The position numbers were made by a program, and so were the translations under genes. Below the pieces are notes generated by a model. That model saw nothing but the letters and a program-made list of their open reading frames with translations. It did no database searches and was not told the origin of the DNA. Positions 13,754-26,288 of a stretch of DNA of 64,000 nucleotides are shown piece after piece; position 1 is the first letter of the stretch; each line of letters starts with the position of its first letter. The DNA is taken from contig NW_027192214.1 of NCBI RefSeq assembly GCF_041956535.1, positions 283,687 through 347,686 of the forward strand, in the 5' to 3' direction. The stretch comes from Calcarisporiella thermophila CBS 279.70. Taxonomy: Eukaryota; Fungi; Calcarisporiellomycota.

Positions 13754-15904
13754 TTATCCCCTTACCTTTTCGCGGAATGCATAGTGTCCAGGGGTTTTTG
13801 CTGCTTGCTCTTCTCCGAGTGAAAGTGCATCAATTTTATCAGTTATATCTATCTCAGCCTTGTCACTAGCTGCTTTATATTGCTCTAAATCGCACTGAGA
13901 CTGTGGTTTAATGTAAGGGCAGACTTTTTCCATAGTTATCAGCCTCCGTGCCCATTTTCCAAACGATTGCTCGCTATTAGCAACTAATCGCATCGAGGGA
14001 TGCAGTGGAACATCTTCAGGGGTATATCTATATATGTATGCATTAAGTTAGTTGTGTAGCATGTTATTTAACTATTAGCTGAAATAAACAATTACTCTTC
14101 TGGTAAAGTTGGTAACCAATACACTAAACGACCACCAACTTTTAAGAATTTAGCTGCAAATTCCAGGAGATGTTTTAATACCTCCGACATTTCCCACGGT
14201 TGAGTCGGAGGATAGTACTCTTCACGTCTATTGTTGGATGAAAATAGAGCTAAATTTATCAATATCCTTCATTTTTGTCTCTACGATACTTACAAATGCA
14301 TTGGGATATCTCCTGGAAACGCTGGCTCAGTTTGCACTGGTTTTTTTAGCGGAATCTTGCGGCCAAGTTTTTTAGCCCCTGCTCTTACGCCGTATGGTGC
14401 TAAATGAGAGAATAATATTGCAATGTAGAAACAACGCTAAGCTTATAATATGATTTAATAAACTTACGGTCTGATGGCCGGAAAGTTGACGGAGATAAAA
14501 TGTGGATGAATGAGTTAAATGGGAAGGGCAAAATAAGAGATATCAATAATAATAATTACCAGTTACAATCCCGTCAAAAATAGGAACTTCTCTCCATGGG
14601 TGATGGCATAAATCAAATACGAGAGTATCCAGTACTTTTCCATTGATTTGATACTGGGATATATTATCCCTAACACCGCGATCCTCTATTGTTATGCGAG
14701 CACTTTGAGTACGACTGAAATATATAAATGCACGTATAGAAATAAGGTACCTCGCCCACGGATTTGCCGCCCATCAATATCAGATCCCATTGTGAAAGCC
14801 CCAAAATGTGCACATGTAAACAAAAAGCTCCCAGTTCCAACAAATGGATCGTAAATTAATTTACCAGGAGATGCCTAAAAAGACCAATATGAATTGACGA
14901 AGAAAAGCGTAAATATGAAGTTACTGATATATACTAGAGCTTGATTAGCCATTATCAATGATAGCTCAGCATCCATTGTGGTATTTCCGATGTAACGCCT
15001 TTTTTTCACATTAAATTTGGCAATAAGTTCTCGGTTGCCAGATGCAATCTAATTAACAAGAGATTTAAAGAGAATTTAAGCGGTTTTCTAATTAATTTAA
15101 TATCTTACCAATCGACCCATATAGATTGTATGGGGATCTAGAACATCAAAATCTCTCTCCGTTTGCAGTCCATAATCTTCTATTACTGCAAATTCCACAT
15201 CAGGGTTGCGTAAATCTATCTTACCACGGAACTTGAGGTAAGAAAACGAGTTGATTATCTTAAGCTGTTGCTCCGAGCTACAGGCCTTTCCAAAGCCATG
15301 CACCGTAAATTTAAAAGATTTCTCCATATATTCTGGCTATTGGAAAAAAAATTTTTTTAACTACTGGTTGCCAACAAGATTACCAGAAAGGGTTCTCCAG
15401 TTTTACTTACCCATCGATCGGGATTTGCTTTAACAGACTCATGAACCTCTTGATAATTACTACCAACGCCCCAAAGCTCATAAATTGCTCTAAAATTGTT
15501 ATATATAGTATTAATAATGTTAGTACAGAATTACCCAAATAGCTATTCATAAATATTTTCAAGGCAGAAACCAAACGTACTTTATCAATATTGCCCTCCT
15601 AATTAACTTCGATGCATCTTCGTCTGATGCTACTTTAATTTGAAGAAATGGACACTAATCCAAATAATAAAATGTTAGATTCATCCAACTTAGCAAAATA
15701 AAACATAATTACATTGTTTTTATATTCAAGAGGGTTATATTCTACAGTAATGTTTTCTAATTTCTTTAATGATTCAAATTCTGCAAGACGAAATTCCTCA
15801 TGGAACTAGAAGATACAAGAGATATAACTTAACATTAGCAAATGTGCTTGACGATTATAAAATAAACTGTTTACTTGTGCAAATTGAACTAGGTATGTTT
15901 TCAT
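13754..15904 (-). CDS. TRM11: tRNA (guanine-10-N2)-methyltransferase Trm11; many introns including a 3-nt microexon
   Basis: MKTYLVQFAQ/FHEEFRLAE, KKRRYIGNTTMDAELSLIMANQA, YDPFVGTGS, GSDIDGRQIRG, IVTDPPYGVRAGA, GGRLVYWLP and WARRLITMEK. Confidence 0.93.
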
Positions 15905-16016
15905 GGTCTCCGTTTTTGCTTAAATCCCTAATTACTGGACTTCTCTATATTATATATGACTATATTTACTATTGTGGCTTTATTTAATTATAACAAATGA
16001 CTGCGTTTTTTTCGGT

Positions 16017-17576
16017 ATGTGTAGAGTAGTATTCAAGTCTATGTGCCTCACCAGATACTCATTCCGCTACACTAAATATTCTTTCAGTGTATTATTTTCT
16101 CGATATTTTTGTAAGCCTCTCAATTGTGCTTTAATCCCACTTCAGTCACCCAGATTGTTTCTTCTCGCTGGCTTTCAAGATAGACTAATCCGTTCTGTAA
16201 ATAGATCAGAAGAGTCTATTTATAACGAGAGTGAACAGGCAATTCTTAAAGATAATAAGACTCGGTTGGAGTTTTCAACGGATCGGCTAGAATATAGACC
16301 AGGATCGTTCAAATTACAGTATTCCCCTTCATCCAATCTAGATATGCCCATTCATGTCGATCTCCAAGAACTGACACTCTATAATTCGCACTCCAAGAAA
16401 CGTAAAAACAAGAGGAGAAAAACGAAGACATTAAACAAGGAAACTTCGGAAGATCTAGTAACCCGGACGGGCATAAAACAATTAAAGAATAGCAAATCAA
16501 GCCGAAACTCGATCTCTAAAAGGATGAGCCAATTGAATAATGAGGAATTTAAGCAAGAGCAACATAGATTACATCGGAAACAAATGAAGAGTTCACAGGA
16601 AGGGCAGAAAAGGCAAGCAGTTTTATCAAATGATTCGTACTTTCCTCTATTAAGACACGATATCGACACCCGCTGTTTCAATGTTCAACTACATGACAAT
16701 TGTGGCCTTCCTAATCCGTACTCAAATAATTCAACTCATCCTGGTTGCAGCGATCACGAATCGGATCAAAAAGTACATGTATCAAGATCCGGCCCTTGCC
16801 AACCTCAAGTTAACATTTTTCCTGCTACGCTTGAAAACCATCCATCTTCTTCTATTACTCCAACTTCTAGTTATCTCAACATTGCCTCTCAATTTCCGGA
16901 GGAACTTCCCCATGGACAATCAAATCGACTACTAGTCATTCTTGATCTTAATGGCAATATTATATACCGACCAGCAAAGAACAAGAAAATATTCCATTTG
17001 AGACCCTTTCTACGACCATTTTTAACGTATTTATTTACACATTTTGATGTAATGGTATGGTCAAGCGCTCAACCTCATAATGTCCGCAAAATGGTGAAAA
17101 AAGCATTTGGCCCACTGCAAGCGCACCTTGTGGATGTATGGGATAGAACTCGCTTTAACCTTTCCGCTTACGAGTACAACCGCGCTTCCCTCACCATTAA
17201 AGATCTGGAGTACGTGTGGTCAGCAAAGATGGAGCCAATATCCACGCAGTGTATTGATAATATAGATGGAGACGGGAATAGGCAATTTTTGAAGCAGAAT
17301 TTTGTGTGGAACCAGAGAAATACTGTTTTACTTGATGATTCTCCTGTGAAAGCACAATATCAGCCATACAATGCCATACATCTCCCTTCATACGATAAAG
17401 AATTACACACTAGTGGTAAAGATGAGCATCTTCGCAATGTGGTGGCTTACTTTGAGCGAGTTAGACGTCAAAAAAATGTCTCCAGTTTTATCCGATGTCA
17501 CCCATACACACAGCAGGAGAGTTGGGGAGAAGTTAGTTCGGAAAGTATTCCCGGGTGGGTCGAAGGAAATGATTAA
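16017..17576 (+). CDS. NIF/FCP1-like HAD-domain protein with a long disordered N-terminus (DLNGN motif)
   Basis: LLVILDLNGNI...RPFLRPFL...VMVWSSAQPHNV...KDL..VW...NTVLLDDSPVKAQYQPYN; single-exon ORF, start codon uncertain. Confidence 0.8.
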   Translation: MCRVVFKSMCLTRYSFRYTKYSFSVLFSRYFCKPLNCALIPLQSPRLFLLAGFQDRLIRSVNRSEESIYNESEQAILKDNKTRLEFSTDRLEYRPGSFKLQYSPSSNLDMPIHVDLQELTLYNSHSKKRKNKRRKTKTLNKETSEDLVTRTGIKQLKNSKSSRNSISKRMSQLNNEEFKQEQHRLHRKQMKSSQEGQKRQAVLSNDSYFPLLRHDIDTRCFNVQLHDNCGLPNPYSNNSTHPGCSDHESDQKVHVSRSGPCQPQVNIFPATLENHPSSSITPTSSYLNIASQFPEELPHGQSNRLLVILDLNGNIIYRPAKNKKIFHLRPFLRPFLTYLFTHFDVMVWSSAQPHNVRKMVKKAFGPLQAHLVDVWDRTRFNLSAYEYNRASLTIKDLEYVWSAKMEPISTQCIDNIDGDGNRQFLKQNFVWNQRNTVLLDDSPVKAQYQPYNAIHLPSYDKELHTSGKDEHLRNVVAYFERVRRQKNVSSFIRCHPYTQQESWGEVSSESIPGWVEGND

Positions 17577-18598
17577 TCGTGCTTTCGAAGGGGACGCCCA
17601 GATTAGCTTATTTTCAATATCCATACCACCTGGGTCCAATTCTGGTGACTACAACGTTTTGTCGCAACAAACGATTGAATGCAACCAAAGAGGTGTGCTT
17701 AAGCGCTAATCAATAAATATTATAATATATGTACATAAATTTTTAAGATTAATAAATATGTTATAAATATTCCACCAAAGTCAATAGCAATTCTCATGTA
17801 CAAATCTAAAGAACAATAGAAGAAAATTGTTAATATATTTCAATATGAATAATAGAGTGATAAAAAATTATAAAAAGCTATGGGAATTGGATATTTTTGT
17901 ATTAGCTTGTCACCTTACAAATGTTGTGATATAGCCAGAATTTTTATGATCCAATATTTGCAACATAAACTCAAGATTAAGATTATAAGGATTATAAATT
18001 TGATTTTGTATTTAAGCACCTGAAAGAATTGTAAAATAAAGGAGATCGGCCGGTTGATTGTAAATCTTATAAATCCTATAAAACTTGACTCTAGTTGAGC
18101 AAACTGATTGACAAAGGTACTGCTCTCGGACTTGCTTCATATTTACAGTTTCTAGATATTTTATTATCACATAACTCATTCGGACAGCTTTGAGTTTAGA
18201 AGTTTAACACTTAAGCATTTGGTTGACTATCCTTTTTTTCCTATACTCAGACCTTTCGGGAGACTTCATATTCAGCAAGCTTTGCTAGCAATGATAATAA
18301 TATAAAGCACTCAATAATAAAAATCAAGCTCATAGTAATTAAATAACAAAAATATATGATATAATTGTTTATTTTTGAACTAATTGAAGAGGGCAATGGA
18401 TAAGTATTAAAAAACCATCTCTTGAACATTTGTCGGGTATTCAAGACAAACACTTAAATTATTTGAGTCTCCACTGTGTAACCATTTTAATTTTAATACA
18501 CTCTTTCTTGGCTATGATTTTTGTTATCACTTCTAAACCGCTATCATTTATAATAAAGAGCAGGATCTAAGTAGTGGAGTATCGTATTAATATTAATC

Positions 18599-19182
18599 AT
18601 GTCCGATCAGATTGACAACGTCGCCGTTAACGAGAAGAATGCTGTTACGAAAGCATCAACTGGTAATATTGCGTTTTGAAAATGAAGTATTCTCAATATA
18701 AAACGTATCGTGCAAATTATTAGATGAGAATTCAGTATCTCTGCCCGAAGCAAAATCCATCTCCAATGAAGCTGTGAACATTTATGAGGAATCATCTACT
18801 GCAGATGTTGCAGACGCAGGAGATCATGGTAAAGGTATGAGCGAATTTTCATTATTTCAAGCTTTGGCCAAGCATTTGCTAATTCGTTTTCATCATCGCA
18901 GAACCCGTGACTCTCCCGCCCATCGAGGCAACTCTTCTTCCCAAAGGAGTAGACATCGTTCAACAAAAAGAGCTCCCTCAGAAACCCGATGAAAATCCAA
19001 CGAATCCTGCCGGTGTTGCTGGTGAAATTGTTTCTGACACTCCTCCTGATTTACCCAACAAAGATCAGTTTAAACCGCAGCTTCAGGCGCCTCCTGTTCC
19101 ACCAAAGGTCACAGAACAGCAGAGTGGCATGAAGAAGGTTGATTTAATGCGTAAATTAAAATCACTATTTGACAGATCTTAA
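18599..19182 (+). CDS. Small Pro-rich hypothetical protein; 2 introns
   Basis: ATG at 18599; GT-AG introns near 18663-18723 and 18835-18901 join open frames; PPDLP and PPVPPK motifs; ends KLKSLFDRS*. Confidence 0.6.
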
Positions 19183-19388
19183 ATGATTATAATCCGAGTT
19201 TCTTGTGTGTATTTCTTATATTCTTATGTTGTACTGGTGCTTTCCCCTTATATTTTATGCACTCCCTAGTCTATTATTGACTCATTTTCATTTCACTGTT
19301 TTGATGTCACTCCCATTATGTTTGTTCCACTCAATAATGATATTAAAAGATATTTACAATTTATTATACTGGTTCTTTTTATTTCAAT

Positions 19389-20428
19389 TTAAGCTCGAGC
19401 TCCCTGCTGCGCAGCAATTGCTTTTGCACGCTTGGCCATCATAGCCTGGGATTTAGCACCCATGATACCTCCGCCCCAGTGGCGTCGGTTCTCCTCATAC
19501 TTGTCATTGAAGTTCGACTTAACGGCAGAAACGAGACTTGCAAACTCCTGCTTATCCTCAGGGCGAACATCAACAATGGCCAGAGCCGTAGCTGTTTTCT
19601 TGTGAACTGCTACACCCAAGCGAGCTTTGTTTTTCACGATGCAGTACGGGACGCCCATTTTACGGCACAATGCAGGGAGCCACACTACGATCTCAATAGG
19701 GTCCACATCATCTGCAATTATCACAAGCTGGGCTTTTTTCGCTTCAATAAGTGCAGTAACGTGGTTGATACCATATTTAACTACATATGGTTTTTTCGAT
19801 TCCACCTCCTTGCCGGCAGTCTTGGCTTCAGCAGCAGCCTTAAGACGCTGTCGCTTTTCTTGAGTTGTTTCAGGGCGGTATTTGTGTACAAATTTAAAGA
19901 GCTGTGTTGCTGTATTCTTGTCAAGTGCCTTGGTAAATTGATTAATTGCGGGAGGAACCTTGAGTCGCTTGGAGAGAATCCTCTTTTGCCGCTGCAACCT
20001 AACATACTCTGGCCATTTTACAAAACGGGTTAAATCACGCTGAGGTTGAATGTCTTGCCCTAATGTCAAATAACGAATCGTTAACAAAACTAAGTAAACC
20101 TAAGGAGGCACATAATGAAATTACCGATGCCGAAATTTTTAGGGCGCTTCTCAAAAAGCGGATTCTTAGGGGCCTTGGCGGCCTGCTGCTTCTTGATGGG
20201 GTAAGGTGCGGGAGCAACCTTCTTAGACGACTTTTTGGGAGCTGGAGGCTGTCATTGAGAAAAAAACCCATGGTTAGTGGGTTCTTTGACTCTAGCAGTT
20301 CCCCCCTTACGGGAAAAGGAACTCAGCCTAATTTCTCGTGGTATCGACATTCGCATATCTTAATCGACTTAGGGTCGCAAGATGGTAGCGAAAGGATACA
20401 ACGATAAGAAAGCATGAGTACTCACCAT
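19389..20428 (-). CDS. RPL8: 60S ribosomal protein eL8 (L7a/L8); first coding exon is the ATG alone
   Basis: [42 protein letters not shown]...[32 protein letters not shown]; ATG|GTGAGT at 20428-20420. Confidence 0.97.
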
Positions 20429-20602
20429 ATTGCTAAGGATAGCGGGATGGATGGATGGATAGAAACAATGGAAGAAGAATAGATACCCACAGTCTGCAAA
20501 GAAGTTCTATATAAATATTCACTTAGAGGCGCAGTCTATTGCTAAAAATTAGAAAATTAAATTGCAGCTCTTATTCCTTTCAATAATTCTCCGCCATAGA
20601 TC

Positions 20603-21556
20603 ATGAGCAGAATCGCGAGAAAGCGCGTCTCTGATAAGCATCTGCATTTATTTGGATATGATTCTGACCCAGGTGTTAATTTTTCTTAATTTTGTCATTA
20701 AAGAAGAATATTTTTTAAATTCTTTTTACTTGTTACATTAGATCCACTCTCCAAATCCAATGGAAATTCGCGAGCAGAATGCCCACCTTCACCCACTGCA
20801 AGTATATCCAGTATGAGCTCATCCAAGAGTGCTGGTATTTCTGTTTCTGCGGGTATTTCGCAACCAGTATCTGAAAAAAAATTGCTGAGTGCAGCTGATG
20901 GCTCTATGTCTATTCATCGCGATCAATCAGACAAAAAATCAACTCACGCTCTCTTACATCAGCAATCTAATTCCTCAACACAGATCACACCTAAACCGAC
21001 AAATCAGACGCCTGAGCTTGCTCATAGACCTATCCCTATTTCGAAATCAAAATCTTCACCTACTACTTCTGGAGAAATGCCGCCGCTTGAGAGTTTGTCG
21101 GTGGCGGAAAATTCTCCTGATACTACCTCCAAATCAGTCGTAGTTGATGACGAGATAGCCAAACATTACAAGAGGAATACTGAAGAGATTATGCATTCAG
21201 ATATTAGCTCTACGCCAAGTACCAGCCATATCTCTATTCCTTCCGCGTTAGTCGATAACCCAATGTTCTCTCCCCTTGTTATTGCGTCCCCCCCTACTGT
21301 AGCTTCCAATAATACCAGTTTCGATGACCGTCCTTGTGACGAAAATCCGTGGATCAATCCATTCGAGCAAACAGCTTGGATTATGGAGAAAGAAAAAGCA
21401 CAATTCAGCTTGGGGGTGAAATTCTCAAGCCCATCTATCGGCCAAGAAGAAATGGGTAAAGATTCTGTTCGGCTTAGGTCTACAACTGGTACAAGCAATA
21501 TTTTACAGGTGGAAACGCAAGATTTGGATGGGCTATGGGATAACCCTTGGACATAA
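20603..21556 (+). CDS. Ser-rich disordered hypothetical protein with NPW/NPF motifs; 1 intron (20673-20741)
   Basis: Exon 1 MSRIARKRVSDKHLHLFGYDSDP splices in frame to the 247-aa ORF; ENPWINPFE and terminal DGLWDNPWT*. Confidence 0.65.
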
Positions 21557-21892
21557 AGAACTATTTGCTTTAAATTTTTTTTACTAATATTTACCATGAA
21601 AATGTAATAAATAGATTTTTTTCCATCACTATTACTGACGAATTCCTCATTGTAATCCCCAATTGTGTTACCCATTTGCAAAATTGATGGGGGTGCAGCC
21701 CATTGTCAAACGGATGGAAGCCATAGGAAAGATTTTGAAATTTTTTTTCGCGCTTTATTGTCGAAAGCTTTTTTCCAACTTTTATTCTCATAAATATTTT
21801 CATCTGCTTGCAAAAAAGTATTTAACATTGAACGTTAGCGCATATTGCTCATATATTTATTCTATTTTGCGTATCTATTTTTGTCTATAGCA

Positions 21893-22873
21893 ATGTCTGT
21901 TTCCGCTTTCAGTGATATCGGCAAACTTGCCAATGACCTCTTCTCCAAAGACTATCCTCTTGGCGTGACCAAGCTGGAGGCTAAAACTGTTGCGCAGAAT
22001 GGTGTTGTACGTATCATAGATTTGAACGATTTAATTGACGGATTTATATATATTTATTCATTTTAAGACCTTCACCGCCACAGGCGCTCAAGACTCAAAA
22101 ACAGGAATCGTTCAAGGTGAACTCAAGACTAAGTATTCGGATGCCAAGAACGGTCTTACCCTTACTGAGTCGTGGACCACATCTAATGTTTTGACTGGTC
22201 AAGTGGGTTCAAATCCATTAAATATTTGACTTAAATATCAAGATTAACAGTTGATCTAATTAATTCATAGGTGGAGGTCGAGAACAAAATCGCTCCAGGA
22301 GTGAAGCTCGATGCCACTGCTAGTTTTCTCCCTGCAACAGGCTCCAAGAATGCCAAGCTTGGTATATTTTATAAGGCTCCTGCTGTCCATTCTCGGGTAT
22401 TTGCTGATTTGTTCAGAGGACCCACATTAACTGCTGACGCCGTCGTGGCTAGAAACGGACTTCTTGCCGGTGTGGAAGTCGCATATGATGTTCACGAGGC
22501 AAAAATTACGCGTTATAATACAGCGGTTGGGTACTCCACCCCCGAGTACACTCTTACGCTGCACGCAAATAACAATTTGAATCTCTTCTCAGCATCTTAT
22601 TATCATCGCGTGAACACACAAGTTGAGGCTGGTGGTCGCGCTGTGTGGGACGCTAAGAGCAATGCCGCTGTAGCATTGGAAGTCGGCACTAAATACACCC
22701 TTGACAAAGACGCATTTGTCAAGGCCAAGGTGAACAACAACGGTATTTTTGGTCTCTCCTATACACAGGCGGTGCGTAAGGGTGTTAAGCTCACAATTGC
22801 TGGCTCCGTTGACACCGCTCGTCTCAGTGAGAATGCCCATAAGCTTGGCCTCTCGATTGTTCTTGATGCTTAA
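21893..22873 (+). CDS. POR1: Mitochondrial porin / VDAC; 2 coding introns and a probable 5'UTR intron
   Basis: FSDIGKLANDLFSKDYP, GLTLTESWTTSN, FSASYYHRVN, KAKVNNNG and HKLGLS. Confidence 0.96.
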
Positions 22874-23154
22874 ATGCACTATTAGATAATCGATTTTGTG
22901 AATAATCGACTCTGTTTCACATAGCTCGATTATTGTGTAGTAAACCCCTATATACTCCCTTCAACTTCAATAACTGTAATCCTTTAGAAATAGAAAAATA
23001 TTTGGTAAAGTTTGTTGATGGAAAGTTTATGGTTCGAATAATATACTCGAGCAATATGGCCTTATAACAAGAAATCAACAAAAATGCTCTTGCAAAATTG
23101 AAAAAAGTCTCTAGAGCAATATCAGATGGTGTATATTTCCATCAAGCCCTCCAA

Positions 23155-25968
23155 TTATTCCTCAACCCATAATGGGTGAGGCAGCTCGCGTCGAGGTTGT
23201 TCGGTTGTTTCAGTAAAGGTCGAAACAACCATTGAAGAAGCAGATGCAGTGGATGAGTCATGGTCTGCCGTAGCCGGTGGTGATATCGGAGCCAATATAG
23301 ATACTTCTGCAGAAGTTTGTGTCTGTAATGTAGAGCGGGAACACTGTGCTGGCGCCGGGATATGCTCTTCGACAGTAACCGTATCAACAGATTTACTTGT
23401 TGCCTTTGCAACGATCTCCTCATCTTCTTCCCCTTCCACAAGATCTCCACTTAGAGTTTCTGTAAAATAGTGATCTGCTTTTGAATCAATCTCGCGCATT
23501 TCTCGTTGCTGTTCCATAGGTTGCTCCGATTGAGGTGACTTTCTTCCAAATAAAGAAAGCGAAGACATCATGCTCTCAACGTTTTCCATTGTAGCCTGCG
23601 AGAAAACAGTCGAGAAAGAACGCGGGCGATCAGTGGATAGAGGTGAGGATAATTTTTCTTTGTCGTTGCTATTACTACTAATTTCACTAGTAGAGCTTCC
23701 TCCCGTTGACCAGCCCATTAATGAATCCTTTCCGCCGAACCAATTTCGCTGAGGAGGTTTCGGCTTCTCTGATTGAGGACCTTGATTAGATGCGCTGTAA
23801 GTAGATGTATCCGTCACAACTACCGAGCCTGTTAATCCTTCACCCGCTACACTCCCAGGAACTGTTCCAGCATTCACCTCATCCTCTGTGCGACTAAATA
23901 ACTCAGGCCAATACAACACTTCCTTTGGATCAGGTAGTAAAACTATCGAATCTTCCTTCTCCTCGGGTGTGGGATTATATTCTTTATTCCTGAACTCGTC
24001 TAGATTTGATTGAACGTAGTCCCAAATTGAGAAAGTCCGTTTTTCAACCTGGAATACACTACGCTCACGCTCCGAATTAAAAAGAAAGGTCCCATATTGA
24101 CAAGAGTAGAGATGATAGTGTAGTCGCAGAAGAAATGCTTGATTGAACTCGAAACTGGAGGAGAATTGTCTTAGCAGTTGGTATACAGCATCGAGAAACT
24201 GATGAAATATAGGGGCGGTCTCACGCGCATGTGACTGGCTCTTATACAGTTGGCTCTTCATTGTTGCAAGGGTCGTTTGCGATGTTGCGGGTATTACTGC
24301 AAAGTATTTCTCATTTGAGAGATGACCACATCTATCAGCGAACTTGTGTCCAAATGATACCCATTCTTTTTCTACCAATACTGCAAATCCTTCGATTGTA
24401 CGATAATACGGATCAAGACAGAGTGCAGAAAGTGCCGTCAACTGTGCAGTACGGTCCCATCCGTCTGAGCAATGCACAAGCACATTTGAATTATGTATAT
24501 GAATGTTCCGAACAATGACAAGTACGCCCTCAAGTATACTACTAATATGCTTTAGCCAGTTCGATTTAGATAAAGCGAATCTGTTCACCAGTCCGCCGAT
24601 CATTTCTGAGCCTTGCATGGCTATTCAAGATTAAAGAATAAAGACATATACACAAACTCCTAACTCCTAGCTTATGATAAGATAAATACCCTCTTCCATA
24701 CGCGCTAAACTGTCTCGCATAACGTGTATGTTATCGATGTTCATATATAATTTTTTGCAGTTCTTGTAATTTTCTATATTTTCTGTCCCAGCACCGATGG
24801 CCACGTTAGCCACAGCATTTGCAGTGGGCCTTGCATCCACAATGAGATTGGTAGGCGTAGAACCGTATACAATCTGTCCAGCGGGAGCACGGGGAGCATT
24901 TGACTGGAAAATGGCCTCGATTAATTTTTCGTCTTGGATGGATCGATTTTGCTTTATTCCAACCATTGGCTGGCTAGATCGTGAGATAGAGGCCTATAAA
25001 CAGAAAATTACGAAATGCACATTGCATCCAGCTTCATGAAACTGAATAAGAGCGAGATGATTCTCACCTGATTAAACCAATGTAAATAACTCAATACCGG
25101 TATTCTCCCTTTACTTCTGAACTTAACGGCATAATTTAGAACATTATCGCTAATTTTCGATGGTACGACCAGAACTCTGGGGTATGTGGGACAGTACTAA
25201 AAGTAGTGTTGAAAGAGGTTGAGATATTAACAGAAGCGAATATGATCAAATTTCTCATACTGTATAGTTCCTATTGATAGTCGTGAATCGCCAAGCATCT
25301 GTTTTCGAAGTAACACCCATTCGGGAATACTCCTTAAGTGGATCGTATATTTTCCAGCCGTTGTTTGTCTTTAATGGTGGAATAGGCCGATAAAAGAATG
25401 CATAGAGTTGCTCAAAAGATCCTATTGAAGAGCGAGGCCGATATATTTATAACTAGTATAGGATCTATACAGAAAATAAGCTTACTGATGCATGTCAACT
25501 TTTGTACAGATTCAAAAACATCAGCAGCCTCTATTTCTTGCTCCATCGATAATATTGAATATTTGAAGTCACGACAGCGTATATGGAGTGGATATCGCCC
25601 AGATTTTAGGTCATAAGATCTCCGCTCCATGGTGTGAATAAGAGGATATGGAATCTATAGTGATGACATTTAGAACACAATAAACTAGCATAGTATCAGT
25701 GCAACAAAATTTACCCATAGCTCATGATCTGCATTATTGAATATCAAATGATGTGCAGTCAAATGAAGTGTTCCTATCCAAACCGATTGAGCCTGCTCCA
25801 ATTGAACATTATCCACCTAAGTAAATATAAGATACTAATCAATTAACTATACAAAATAAAAAGTTCATTCATAAGAGGATTTCCAGTTGCTTCTACTAAA
25901 AAGTAAGCCTTTCATTATTTAATAAAAAAAAAACAAAATTTTACCTTTGGAATTTTGATGAAATCCAT
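23155..25968 (-). CDS. YMR1: Myotubularin family PI3P phosphatase; 6 introns
   Basis: MDFIKIPKV, GTLHLTAHHLIF (GRAM domain), FRSKGRIPVLSY, catalytic VHCSDGWDRTAQL and EKEWVSFGHKF. Confidence 0.95.
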
Positions 25969-26288
25969 TTTTAAAAAAATTCAATTAGAAAGAAGGGTTC
26001 AGGATATATTGTGGACTTATTTAACGAAAAACGACGTTAGAACTTGAAGATTCTCCTTACTAATATAGAGTAAGAAGTTATCAAATAATCCTATACAATT
26101 TACCATTTAACATTATGATTTCACACATGAGAAATGAAAAGTTAAATGCTGAGAAACTAATTTTACATATGTGACTTCGAAATTTTCAATCCCACTTTTT
26201 AGCGTGAATACCTTTATTCAAAAGGAAAAGTGCTTATATAAAACAAAGGAAAAGAAGGGAAAGAACTCTACTGTGTATATATCGTTCA

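Noticed and set aside
19479-20407. Long antisense ORFs (184 aa, 114 aa) over RPL8, and similar ones over VPS10, APL4 and CLC1
   Set aside because: These are shadow ORFs expected from codon bias in real genes, with no recognisable protein features.
20760-20816. Apparent uORF overlapping the ATG at 20813
   Set aside because: The real start is more likely 20603 through an in-frame spliced exon, so this ATG is internal and out of frame.
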